Below are positions 41,936-53,333 of a DNA stretch of 64,000 nucleotides, piece by piece. The notes beneath the pieces were generated by a model. It searched no databases. It saw only the letters and a list, made by a program, of their open reading frames with translations, and was not told the DNA's origin. The stretch comes from an uncultured Verrucomicrobiae bacterium. Lineage in GTDB: Bacteria; Verrucomicrobiota; Verrucomicrobiia; Palsa-1439. Where the stretch lies: positions 819,438-883,437 of the forward strand of contig CAWEWF010000014.1 in assembly GCA_963812605.1 (NCBI GenBank), given 5' to 3'. The first letter of the stretch is position 1. Every line of letters begins with the position of its first letter. The position numbers and the translations under genes are program-made.

Positions 41936-43441
41936 ATGGACCACCTTTCTTCCTCCAGGCGAATGGAAAAATTCTGCTTCCCGCTCTGTTGGTTCAGCCT
42001 GACATTGTTGATTTCTCATCCCGCCATGGCCCAGACTCAGCCTGTGGCCGTGACCGTGGCCGCTGATACAGGCGGCGCGGATCTTCCACCTCGCTTTTTG
42101 GGCCTGAGCTACGAGATGTCGATGCTTCTGCCCAAGGATGGGCGATACTATTTTGATCCCAAAGATCAGGCGCTGGTTAATGCCTTCCAGACACTTGGCA
42201 TTAGGAGTCTGCGGGTAGGGGCCAATGCGGTGGATGATCCGCGCATTCCGATTCCGAAGGAAAAGGATATTGATGAATTATTTGACTTCGCCCGGGCGGC
42301 CGGAGTGAAAGTGATTTATTCGTTCCGCTTGAAAAACGGTGACCCCACCAATTCAGCGCGCCTGGCCAGCTATATTGCGGCACACGATGCGGATGTGCTG
42401 GAGTGCTTTTCCATCGGTAATGAGCCGCACTTGTATCCCGCTAAAACCAATGAGTCCGATCATTCCGTCAAAACTAATGGGCCCCATTTGCATCAAACAT
42501 ACGAATCCTTTTATGCGCATTGGAAGCCGCATTACGACGCCATTCTGAAGTCAGTGCCCGGTGCAATGTTTGACGGGCCGAGCGCCGATGGAAAGTTTGC
42601 CCTGAATCTGGCGAAAGACGTGTTTGCCGATGGGCACCTGGCAATGGCGAGTGATCATTATTATTTTCTTGGCTCGGGCCGGGCGGGCGAAACGAATCCG
42701 CCCGCGACCCGGGTAAGATTTCTTTCCAACGACCGCAATAATGATTACGAAAAAGACTATGCCCGCGTCGGCGCGGTGCTGGCCGCCCGGGGAGTGCCCT
42801 ACCGGATCGATGAAATGAACAGTTGTTACAATGGAGGTGCCAAAGATTCGAGTGATACCTACGCGTCTGCCTTATGGGCGCTGGACTGCACCCATTGGTG
42901 GGCCGCGCATCACATCCTGGGCGTGAATTATCACACCGGGGAATCGGTGGGTCGGGATGGTACTTTTGGTCCTCCCAATTACGCCGCCTTCGTTCGTCAG
43001 GCGGACGGCCACGGATTCGACATGCGACCCCAAGCCTATGCCTATCTGGCTTTTGGTCAGGGCGCGCATGGCCGACCACTCGGAACGAATATACAAGCGG
43101 CACCCACATTTAATTTCAATGCCTACGCTTATCGGGATGGAAATGGCTCCTTTTACGTGACCCTGATCAACAAGAGCTTTGGCGACAAAGGGCAACCGGC
43201 TTCTGTTTCCATCCATTTGCCCAAAAGCACGGACTCAGGGGCATGGCAGCGAATGGATCTAGTGCAGAAGGATCAGGATATCGCCGCCAAAACGGGCGTT
43301 GTGCTGGGCGGCGCTGCCATTGATCCGCAGGGAAATTGGGCGGCCCGATGGGAAAGGCTTGAAAGCGGTAATTCCGGCGACCCGACGGTTCAGGTGGCAC
43401 CCGCCTCGGCGACGATCCTGCACTTTTCTCCTGCGAAGTAG
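41936..43441 (+). CDS. Secreted glycoside hydrolase, GH79-like
   Basis: FLGLSYE, LRVGANAVD, IGNEP, YRIDEMNSCYNGG, SDTYASALWALD, GVNYH. Confidence 0.75.
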   Translation: MDHLSSSRRMEKFCFPLCWFSLTLLISHPAMAQTQPVAVTVAADTGGADLPPRFLGLSYEMSMLLPKDGRYYFDPKDQALVNAFQTLGIRSLRVGANAVDDPRIPIPKEKDIDELFDFARAAGVKVIYSFRLKNGDPTNSARLASYIAAHDADVLECFSIGNEPHLYPAKTNESDHSVKTNGPHLHQTYESFYAHWKPHYDAILKSVPGAMFDGPSADGKFALNLAKDVFADGHLAMASDHYYFLGSGRAGETNPPATRVRFLSNDRNNDYEKDYARVGAVLAARGVPYRIDEMNSCYNGGAKDSSDTYASALWALDCTHWWAAHHILGVNYHTGESVGRDGTFGPPNYAAFVRQADGHGFDMRPQAYAYLAFGQGAHGRPLGTNIQAAPTFNFNAYAYRDGNGSFYVTLINKSFGDKGQPASVSIHLPKSTDSGAWQRMDLVQKDQDIAAKTGVVLGGAAIDPQGNWAARWERLESGNSGDPTVQVAPASATILHFSPAK

Positions 43442-43610
43442 TCTCTCATCTTCACCTGGACAAAGGCAAAACACGAAAAATCCATTCTGCGGTGCCGTTG
43501 CGACAGCCCCGCTGATCCTACTCATGAACAAGCCTATCGCGTCCGCCGTGGTCATTCCCTCTTGATGGGGATTGAAAAGCAAAACGATTTCACCCATTCT
43601 TGAATCGTCC

Positions 43611-46507
43611 ATGCAAACAAAACTTCTACCAGGCAATCGTCATACATGGGTTTTTACCGGCTGGATTCTCATTTTCTGCGCTTCAACGCCTTCAGTTTTG
43701 GCAACGTCATTTTATGCAGAAAAATTAAACGATCCAAAAGCTGTCTATCTTTCGCCGTCAGGCGGCGACGACACGGCTGCGCTGCAAAGCGCCGTGGACA
43801 AAGTTCAGGAAACGACGCGGCAAGGAATTGTTTTGCTCGCGCCGGGACAATATCACCTCAGCCACACAATTTATATCTGGCCGGGCATCCGGCTGATTGG
43901 CTACGGTGCGAAACGTCCGGTGATTATTTTGCCCGCAAACACACCGGGCTTCGGCGATGCATTGCACGAAAATGTTCATGATGTTTTTTCGCCGGCAGGC
44001 GTCCGCGAAATGCTGGGGACCCTGTCTCCGACGCCAGCCCTGGCACTTTTTATTCGGCGCTCGCCAATCTTGATGTCGAAGTCGAGGATGGAAACCCGGG
44101 CGCGGTCGTCGTGCGGTCACACTATGCCCAGCACTGTTTTCTCGCGCACATGGATTTCCATCTCGGCTCCGCGCTGGCCGGCATCCACGAGGGCGGCAAC
44201 GTGATCGAGGACGTTCATTTCTTCGGCGGAACCCACGCCATTTGGACGTCAAAACCTTCGCCCGGCTGGCAGTTCACACTCATTGACTGTTCCTTTGAAG
44301 GCCAACGCGAAGCCGCGATTCTCGAGCACGAAGCCGGACTTACGCTGATTCGTCCCCACTTCCAGAATGTCCCGACGGCGGTTGAGATTGAAACGGATTG
44401 GGCGGATGAACTTTGGGTCAAGGATGCGCGCCTGGAAGACATTTCCGGTCCGGCATTACTTTTCGGAATGGAAAAAAGTCCGCGCAACGAAATCAATCTG
44501 GAAGGCATCACTTGCAGCAATGCGCCGGTGTTTGCCGCGTTGCAAGACAGCGGAAAAAAGTTCGCCGCGCCGTCAACAATTTATGCCGTTAAGAAGTTTT
44601 CTCACGGACTTGATTTGGACGACATTGGAACTGTGCCGGAGATTGAAACGCATTTCGACGCCGCACCGTTGACAGAAATGCCCAAGCCGGTTGCTTCCGA
44701 TTTGGCGTCGCTGCCTCCTTGCGACACCTGGGTCAATGCGCGCGACCTCGGCGCAAAAGGCGACGGCCAAACCGACGACACTGCGGCTCTGCAAAACGCG
44801 ATTGCAAATCATCAAGCGATTTATTTTCCGTCCGGTTTTTACATCGTGCGGGCCACGTTGAAATTGCAGCCGGATACGGTCTTGATCGGCCTGCATCCGG
44901 GCGCGACGCAAATCATTTTACCGGACCACGCGCCTGCGTTTCCCGGCACCGGCGCACCAAAAGCATTGCTCGAAGCGCCCAAAAGCGGCAGCAATATTGT
45001 CATCGGCATCGGACTTTACACGAGCGGAAATAATCCGCGCGCGGTCGCGGCACTTTGGAAAGCCGGTGCCAATTCGATGATGAACGACGTTCGTTTTCTC
45101 GGCGGCCACGGCACGCCGCTGCCAAACGGTTCGCGCGAAAATCCTTACAACACCAATCACACCGCCGATCCAAATCCGGATCGCCACTGGGACAGCCAAT
45201 ATCCAAGCCTTTGGGTCACTGACGGCGGCGGCGGGACGTTTCTTGATCTCTGGACGCCCTCGACCTTTGCCCATGCGGGAATGCTTGTATCCGATACGGA
45301 AACGCCGGGCCGCGCTTATCAGATTTCCAGCGAGCATCATGTCCACAATGAAATCGAAGTGCGAAATGCCGCGCACTGGAGCTTTTATGCCTTGCAGACC
45401 GAAGAAGAATGGGGTGAAGGTGGCTTTTGCCTGCCCATTGAAATTGATTCGTCCCGCGACGTTACGTTCGCCAATTTCCACAGCTATCGCGTCATTCATT
45501 CGTTTCAACCGTTTCCGTGGGCGGTGACAATTTCCAATTCGCGCGACATCCGTTTCCGCAATTTTCATTGCGACAGCAACAGCAAGGCCAGTTTTGATAC
45601 TTCCATTTACGACCAAACCCATAAGGTTGAATTCCGCGAGCACGAATTCGCCTCGCTGGACATTTCAGGCAGTTCACCTCCTGCCAAACCGCCAACGTCT
45701 TCGCATCTTGCAGCACGCGGCGCGAAAGTGGAAAAACTCGCCGGTGGATTTTTCAACATTTCCGGCGGCGCGGTGGATTCGAACGGCAATTTTTATTTTG
45801 TGGATGCGCATGAGCAGCGGATTTATCGCTGGGATTCTGCCAAACGACAGCTTTCCACCAACGATGTTTCCTTCAAACCGGTCAACGCGGTTGTGGATCA
45901 GGCAGGCAATCTGATGGTCGTTTCCGATACGGGCAATGGGACGGTTTATTCCCTCGATTCCAGCAATAAACTTGCACGGTTGAAATCTCAGCCGCTTGCC
46001 GATTCGACCAGGAAACACTTGTATCTGCCTGTGGGTGACTGGCATTTGAACCGCAATTCACTTTTGCATCCGACGGCTGAATTTGTTTCGCCGGACGGCA
46101 CGACCGTTCTGCCTGTCGGCGAAAGTTTTCTCGCCGGAGAAACCAGTTGGAATATCAAATCAAGTCCACAAATCCGCTCGTTCGGTTTTGACAAAGCCGT
46201 GCCCGGTAAACCTTTTTATATCACCGACGAATCCAACTTGAGAACGTGGCAAGCCGGCGTGAATGCGGATGGAAGTCTGACTAACTTTCAACTGTTCGTT
46301 GAGCAAGGCGGTGAAGGCGTAACCACGGATTCGCGCGGCAATGTGTATATCGCCGCCGGACAGATTTATGTTTACAACCCCACGGGCAAACTGATTGACA
46401 CCATCGAAGTTCCCGAACGTCCAACGCAGTTGATGTTTGGCGGCAAAGACGGTAAAACGCTTTTCATTGCGGCCCGAACGTCGCTTTACGCGGTGCGCAT
46501 GAAATAA
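43611..46507 (+). CDS. Pectate-lyase-3/GH28-related beta-helix protein with C-terminal SMP-30/gluconolactonase domain (frameshifted near 43970-44040 as assembled)
   Basis: DDTAALQ..GIVLLAPGQY in ORF 43572; GAKGDGQTDDTAALQ, KLAGGFFNISGG and GGEGVTTDSRGNVYIA in ORF 44111. Confidence 0.75.
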
Positions 46508-46512
46508 GGAAG

Positions 46513-46985
46513 CAGAAAACCGGGGCGTTGAAGATCGGAGAATCAAACCTGGCTGTGTGCGACCCGGCGAAAGCCCGGAAATCTTTGGCGATGCGCTTCG
46601 GCATCTGGCGCGGAGCGCCACCTATCTCTACCAGGACAAGTTGCGGTATTGGTATTCGACACAACCAACCATCGCCAAGCTCGCCGAAGATCGCGCGGAA
46701 CAATTAAAGCGCGACCCCGATACCATTGCGGAAGAAATTAACAAACGGGTGCAGGAGGATTTGCAATCGCGGGGAGATGTTCTCGCTATTCGTGCGTTTC
46801 CGAAAAACCACGGCAAAATTCCAGATGAAATGGAAACGCAGCTTGTGATTCTCGGCGTGGATTACGCGTATGCCAAGGAATTGGTAATCCAGCACAAGCA
46901 CAGGCGCAAGCCATATTGGATGCGCGCGGCAATCCGCATCGCTACCACCGAAGCTTACGCTTCGGCTACAAAACACGAACGATGA
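46513..46985 (+). pseudogene. Internal fragment of a DUF499 AAA+ ATPase
   Basis: RGVEDRRIK / GCVRPGESPEIFGDALRHL..ATYLYQD..RYWYSTQPTIAKLAEDRAEQLKRDPD; no Walker motifs or proper start. Confidence 0.65.
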
Positions 46986-47097
46986 GCAATGCGGCAGATT
47001 AAGACACTACCAATGTGTCAGTGTCGCCGGATTGTCCGGCCCCGATTTGGAGCTTGAATCCCCCGTAACGGGAAGCGAAGCTGCCGTAAGCGCTTGT

Positions 47098-48388
<1,291 letters not shown>

Positions 48389-48395
48389 GATTGTC

Positions 48396-48599
48396 CTACC
48401 TTCTCGATTTCTCGATGTATTCGTTAACATCCAATTCTCGCACCCGTGTACAGTGTCGGAACCTCACGACTGGTAATTCTTTAGAGGCAAACATCCTACG
48501 GATAGTGCGCACACTCACCCGCAGACGCTCCGCCGCTTCCTTCGCATCCAGAAGCTGCAATTCATTGTTCCGACCAGAGCCTGTAATTTCCCTGTTCAT
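48396..48599 (-). CDS. Excisionase-like HTH_17 DNA-binding protein
   Basis: LLDAKEAAERLRVSVRTIRRM...LPVVRF...RV; directly upstream of int. Confidence 0.85.
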   Translation of the reverse strand: MNREITGSGRNNELQLLDAKEAAERLRVSVRTIRRMFASKELPVVRFRHCTRVRELDVNEYIEKSRR

Positions 48600-48605
48600 A
48601 TCCCA

Positions 48606-49160
48606 TCAGCACAACAGGCTCAGGAATTTTGTTTTCAAACACTTCCGCCCTGCTTTCTTCTTTCGCTTCCATTTTGGAGGACTCGTCTTACCCTTGTGCT
48701 TCGGCCAGTTCTCCGCCTTGTCGGTTTCTTTGTAGTATTCTTTGTCGGGTAACCAACCCGGGTCATTCGACGGCCCCACGCGGGCTTTCAATTCTCTTCC
48801 CCATGCCTCGCACTCCGAAACCGGAATGTACATGTAAGGTGTCGTGCGGGATTTTCGCAGCCCGCCAAATAACGTCCGCCTCCACGCTACCGGATGGTAG
48901 CAGAACACGGTTAATTTCCCCGCGTTGATCCGCTTGTACACCGCCGCCCGCGAAACTCTTGCGAACATTGAGACGCCACCAGGGGAAACGAAATCATCAT
49001 CCGGGAACCGTTTGCACAAGCCATTGAACCACACCCCCGAATCGCTCTTGGGATCTTCTTCCACGCCAGTGAACCGGTAAATCCGCGTGTTGGGATCCTT
49101 CTTACCAACAATCGCCCGATCCTTCTTCGTGATCACCAGATATGGAAAGTCCGTTGCCAT
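48606..49160 (-). CDS. Hypothetical protein with an Xis/AlpA-like HTH segment
   Basis: FVSPGGVSMFARVSRAAVYKRINAGKL; basic C-terminus; first gene of the apparent xis-int operon. Confidence 0.6.
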   Translation of the reverse strand: MATDFPYLVITKKDRAIVGKKDPNTRIYRFTGVEEDPKSDSGVWFNGLCKRFPDDDFVSPGGVSMFARVSRAAVYKRINAGKLTVFCYHPVAWRRTLFGGLRKSRTTPYMYIPVSECEAWGRELKARVGPSNDPGWLPDKEYYKETDKAENWPKHKGKTSPPKWKRKKKAGRKCLKTKFLSLLC

Positions 49161-49801
49161 AATGCAAACCTATAGCAGTTGGTTTGCTGTCTGTCAACTT
49201 CATTTGTGGCGAAACATCGGCTCCCCACTTTGGACGATTTGCGAACCTTGCGGTTCAAGCTATTGAGATAGTTGTTTGGACTTAAGGCGACCAGGTGTGC
49301 TGAGAATGGAGCTGAGGTAAACCAAAAGTCTGCCCCGCTTGCTGGTTCCAATATTCCGTTGATGTATCATCACGATACGGGGTGGAACAGCCCGCGAAGG
49401 TTAGCACAAACAAGCTAAGAACCACCGTCCTAGCGAAGCTACTCATCACCGCAGTATTAGACCACTAGTCAGACCGTGAGGAAAGCACAAAAACTGTCCG
49501 CACGTAGTACTCGTACCGAAACGAATAGCCGATTTGAGTCCACTCACCATTAACCCCTCTTCTATCCAGTTTACGAGGAACGCCGCCGAAGGAACACAGG
49601 GACGGGACACCCGCCCCAGTTTTCCTTTGACCTTTCCCCAACCGAGCCACTTGGCGCAGATGGATCGCCCTGGGCTGCACGCTCTGGACTTCGCTACTCC
49701 CCTCCTCCCCCAATCGCTACGCCCGACGCATTTCGCCCATGTCGACCAACTGCGGCTATTAAATAGCTTGGTTTAAGCGATTCGAAGATGTAACCCTACG
49801 A

Positions 49802-50218
49802 GTGGTAGGCCTATTGAGATTAAGATTAATCATAGCGGTGCTGATGCTGGCAACGGCGTGCGGCTACCTCGCCACTTGGAATCTCCCAGGAAAGTGGAGG
49901 AGCGCGGACGGGAAACAAGACATCGAAATCTTCAAGGACGGGACTGTGGTGTTGTCATCCACCAACATATCGCTACGGATCACAGCGCATTACAAACTCC
50001 TGACCAGCCATACTGTTGAGATTGAACTCCCCACTCGAATTACGGACCCGGACGTTCATGCCCTTCATGCTGGTACAAACAGTTCCATCCGAAATCTAAA
50101 CGCCGCCCTGAAATGGCAAGCCCCTAACATTGTGGTTCGCTTTGCCGTCAGCGGCGACAAGCTGACTATCTTCGGCGACAAGAACACCACAAATGTACTG
50201 ACGAGAGTCAAACCGTGA
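49802..50218 (+). CDS. Small exported beta-rich hypothetical protein (element cargo)
   Basis: N-terminal hydrophobic stretch ending in Cys; LPGKW...FKDGTV...GDKLTI...LTRVK lipocalin-like pattern. Confidence 0.6.
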   Translation: MVGLLRLRLIIAVLMLATACGYLATWNLPGKWRSADGKQDIEIFKDGTVVLSSTNISLRITAHYKLLTSHTVEIELPTRITDPDVHALHAGTNSSIRNLNAALKWQAPNIVVRFAVSGDKLTIFGDKNTTNVLTRVKP

Positions 50219-50273
50219 AGTCGCCTCGATTATAGGTCTCGCCGACCCCACCCCCGCAGCAGAGGTTCCCCAA

Positions 50274-51476
50274 TCATCCGCCGGCAAGAGACGGCAACCG
50301 CTGAAGCCACCAGGACGAGTCGCAGAAGAAGCTCATGCCACAATTTGACCGCCAGTGGATTTTTCGAGGGTGCTCGCGTTGGCGTTGGGCTGACCAGATA
50401 TAACGCCGCGCCACCCGCATCACTCGCACAGCTTGTTTCTGGTCCATTGGCATCTTGACGACTTCTGCCCACGGAATCGCCCTCACATTGTGCAAACCCC
50501 AAAATCTCCCCGCGTTTCCAACAGCTTCCGTGTCCAGTTTGCCGACATATTTCGACGCGTAGAACATGACGCCCTCTCGACTGCGAATTTGCTCAACGCG
50601 GGTGCCAGCCCGAACGTGTCGCGGATCGCCCGACTTCACAACCGCTGCCCAAGTCAGCGACACCCATTCTTGGAGCTGCACTTGGTACGCTTGCCTGTTC
50701 GCAGTTGTCACTGCCATCCAATTCCGAAATTCCGCTCCGCCGTCTCGCACCCAATGTTCGACCTTTTTCACGGATTGCCCGCGTCGATTCTGTCTTTCAC
50801 TCACGAAGACCTCGACGGGCAAAGCTTTCTCTGCTTGGCTGATTACTTGCTCCACCGACGAAGACCACTCACCATCGGGCCATACCTCACTCTTCCAAAA
50901 GCGAAGCGTTGGCGTCGCAAAGCCCTCCTTTTGGACTTGATACTCCCAATGTTTGCGCCAGCCGTCCGGGTCACTCCACGTCTCCGGCAGTCCCCAGAGT
51001 AGCAGATGGAAGTGGGGTGCGACCTCGCCCTGGTTGGCTCCCGACAACCGCGCCTTAAGTTCTAGCTTCCAAAAACCGGCACAATCTGGGAACTGTCGGC
51101 TTACACGCTTCAGCCACGCCTTCAGGTCCTGTTTCCACCGTCGCGGGTCACCGGGAAAACCATCGGGATAGGTCAGTGTCACAAACACGGGCAGGATGTC
51201 CCGCTGAGTACGGCTCAGTGCCCGTAACAATCTCCGTCGGCTCGCTTCGCTAAATCGTTTGATGATTCCACGTTTGCCACCACCCTTTTGACCAGGCAGC
51301 CCCGGACTCAAGACTTCGATCAAACTGCCCCCGTCGTGTACGTTGACTTGCCACAGGTCCGACCGCTGCGGCCTAATATGCGTTGTAGACAAGCCCAACG
51401 CATTTTGACGGGGCGGGTGTGCCGCTGAAGCGGCACACCCCACCCTAGCCTCTGGTGGCGTGACCGCGTTACTCAC
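50274..51476 (-). CDS. rep: Rolling-circle replication initiator (HUH endonuclease)
   Basis: Motif I FVTLTYP, motif II PHFHLLLW, motif III YASKYVGK, GRFWG; GTG at 51476 preceded by AAGGAG. Confidence 0.88.
   Translation of the reverse strand: MSNAVTPPEARVGCAASAAHPPRQNALGLSTTHIRPQRSDLWQVNVHDGGSLIEVLSPGLPGQKGGGKRGIIKRFSEASRRRLLRALSRTQRDILPVFVTLTYPDGFPGDPRRWKQDLKAWLKRVSRQFPDCAGFWKLELKARLSGANQGEVAPHFHLLLWGLPETWSDPDGWRKHWEYQVQKEGFATPTLRFWKSEVWPDGEWSSSVEQVISQAEKALPVEVFVSERQNRRGQSVKKVEHWVRDGGAEFRNWMAVTTANRQAYQVQLQEWVSLTWAAVVKSGDPRHVRAGTRVEQIRSREGVMFYASKYVGKLDTEAVGNAGRFWGLHNVRAIPWAEVVKMPMDQKQAVRVMRVARRYIWSAQRQREHPRKIHWRSNCGMSFFCDSSWWLQRLPSLAGG
51378..51440 (-). other. Candidate double-strand origin: two hairpins in the 5' part of rep
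   Basis: ATGCGTTG-N10-CAACGCAT (51378-51403, loop GGCTTGTCTA on the minus strand) and GGGTGTGCCGC-TGAA-GCGGCACACCC (51415-51440). Confidence 0.55.
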
Positions 51477-51642
51477 GGCAGCTCTCCTTCGAGGCACGAA
51501 CGAGAGCAACGACAGCAGCCTTGAGCGGTGGTGACAGGAGATGCCACGCCGCGACAACTTCTGACAACTCAGGGGGAAGCCCGGATTCTTGTGAGGCCAG
51601 TTGTGAGGGTGGGTCTGTTTCGGCTAAGCGGGCATTGAGTTT

Positions 51643-51680
51643 GTCGTAGGTTCGAGTCCTACCGGGCCCACCATTTTGCC
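51643..51680 (+). repeat. attR: duplicated 3' end of tRNA-Ile2
   Basis: gtcgtaggttcgagtcctaccgggcccaccat(t/c)ttgcc matches 47144-47181. Confidence 0.92.
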
Positions 51681-51727
51681 CATGCCGATCACCTGGGCTA
51701 ATTAAGATGGCGCACTGGTCCGAAACT

Positions 51728-53287
51728 TCAATCGGCTAGCGGTGACGGCCAGACCATATCGCGACAATACAAAAGGTACTTTCCCCATCTGTCGGGCCGA
51801 AAGGACGGGTCGCCACCGTCATCATGGCCATCCTCGCCAACGGAATAAAGTGTGAACGTCCCATCCGCATTCAGTCGGTACCGGAGCTGCTTTCCGTCCA
51901 TCCAGTCGTGCGGTATCTCCGAAAGGTACTCTGGCACTAATGCTGCAAGATCGGACGGCGGCTTGCCTGTGCGAAGCTGATAGCGTTTGATGGCTATTGC
52001 GGAGCACGTCATTTCACGGTGTGTCTCGAAAAATAGAACTCTAAGAAGCGCTCCCTCCAGACCGGGACCGGCAAGCATGTTGGAAAAGTGGAACCGGGCG
52101 GATCTTAGAGACCCGCCACCGTGATCGTTCATGGTGGGCGGTAGCGAGACAGGCACCCATGATTCTCGTTTCTCAACTGTTCGGGCAGTGTCAAGAAATC
52201 TCTGCCAGCCATGGACGGCCCGATACTCATCTTGGTAAGACCAAAGTAGTCCCCAGAGCTCTGACGCAAAAAAAAGGCGAATCTTACCGGGGAGTTCGTG
52301 CGAGCCGTCGTGAACCCAACGATCGTATTCCCAATTCACGTCAAATGTCCCTTTCATCCAGTCCCTTCGCACGCTGCGATCCCGACGCAAAGTATCGAAA
52401 TGGACAAGTGTCAGTGCCCGTTCCATTTCCGCCGCGTGCACCATATCAGAGACCGTATGCTCCGTACGCCAAACCTCCGAGAGCCGGGCAAGTTGAGCGT
52501 CGCTCCAGCCGGGTGACTGCAAGGCCTCCCAAGTCATTGTCAACCCGATTTCGCCGATTGCCATTCGTACCAACTGACAAATGTCTAGCCGCTCGTTTTT
52601 TAGGAATCTGGCGACCTGGACAATCGACGCAATATTCGTGACTGCTTCATCAAGGTTTCCGTTGTGAATATTATCGAGCGCCGCTGAGTCCAGCCAGCGC
52701 GCCACGTTCCTTGCTTCATTCAAGTGTGGAAGCGTGAGCGAAAGGCCCTGCGAGTAGTCCAGATCCAAGTCCAATGATGGTTGTCTCAATGCCTCTCTGA
52801 CGTGCTGCAGTGGCATTTTGGCCTTGCCAAGTTCAACCGAAAGCTCTTCCCATCCGTACACCTGCCATACGCCATTTGAATCCAAACCCTTCAACGTGGC
52901 CTGTCTACATACGACCTGTGCCCGGCCCGGCGCGACGAGTTTCATAGTCTCAGGAGGGCCTGAAGCAAGGGGGTATGCACGGGAAATCGCACGGAGCTCT
53001 TGGGCTGCCGCCATCAACCTCACAGCTCCATTCTCCTCGGGACTTAGCTTGCGCAATCCTAGTTCGGCAAGTGTGAGTTTCTCACCTTGAGAGCGCAATT
53101 GACGAAGATAGAGATGGAGGCCAACCCACCCACGGATGTTCTCCTCCAAGACAACCAGAACCAAAATCCCCAGCAGCACGCCAAATGTTTTGCTGAGAAT
53201 GACGATACTTCGCCGAATTCTCCCCGTGCTCACAATTGTAGACGATGATCCCGCGAAAACTCTACTTCCGTGTTGACAGGAACACAA
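51728..53287 (-). CDS. Membrane-anchored hypothetical protein with pseudopilin/T2SG-like C-terminus (PVC family); start uncertain
   Basis: One TM, LRSQGEKLT, AIKRYQLRTGKPPSDLAALVPEYL..D.MDGKQLRY..FTLYSVGEDGHDDGG. Confidence 0.7.
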   Translation of the reverse strand: MCSCQHGSRVFAGSSSTIVSTGRIRRSIVILSKTFGVLLGILVLVVLEENIRGWVGLHLYLRQLRSQGEKLTLAELGLRKLSPEENGAVRLMAAAQELRAISRAYPLASGPPETMKLVAPGRAQVVCRQATLKGLDSNGVWQVYGWEELSVELGKAKMPLQHVREALRQPSLDLDLDYSQGLSLTLPHLNEARNVARWLDSAALDNIHNGNLDEAVTNIASIVQVARFLKNERLDICQLVRMAIGEIGLTMTWEALQSPGWSDAQLARLSEVWRTEHTVSDMVHAAEMERALTLVHFDTLRRDRSVRRDWMKGTFDVNWEYDRWVHDGSHELPGKIRLFFASELWGLLWSYQDEYRAVHGWQRFLDTARTVEKRESWVPVSLPPTMNDHGGGSLRSARFHFSNMLAGPGLEGALLRVLFFETHREMTCSAIAIKRYQLRTGKPPSDLAALVPEYLSEIPHDWMDGKQLRYRLNADGTFTLYSVGEDGHDDGGDPSFRPDRWGKYLLYCRDMVWPSPLAD

Positions 53288-53333
53288 CCCGAAAAACCTG
53301 AAGCTGCCTCTCTACATCATCCGCTTGCAGCCC

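Noticed and set aside
43970-44040. Programmed frameshifting in the GH28-related/SMP-30 gene
   Set aside because: Several nearby indels including a T run, matching the error pattern elsewhere in the window; cannot be separated from sequencing error.
49465-49776. Short ORFs in the spacer of element 2
   Set aside because: Overlapping on both strands with no recognisable motifs or RBS; treated as non-coding.
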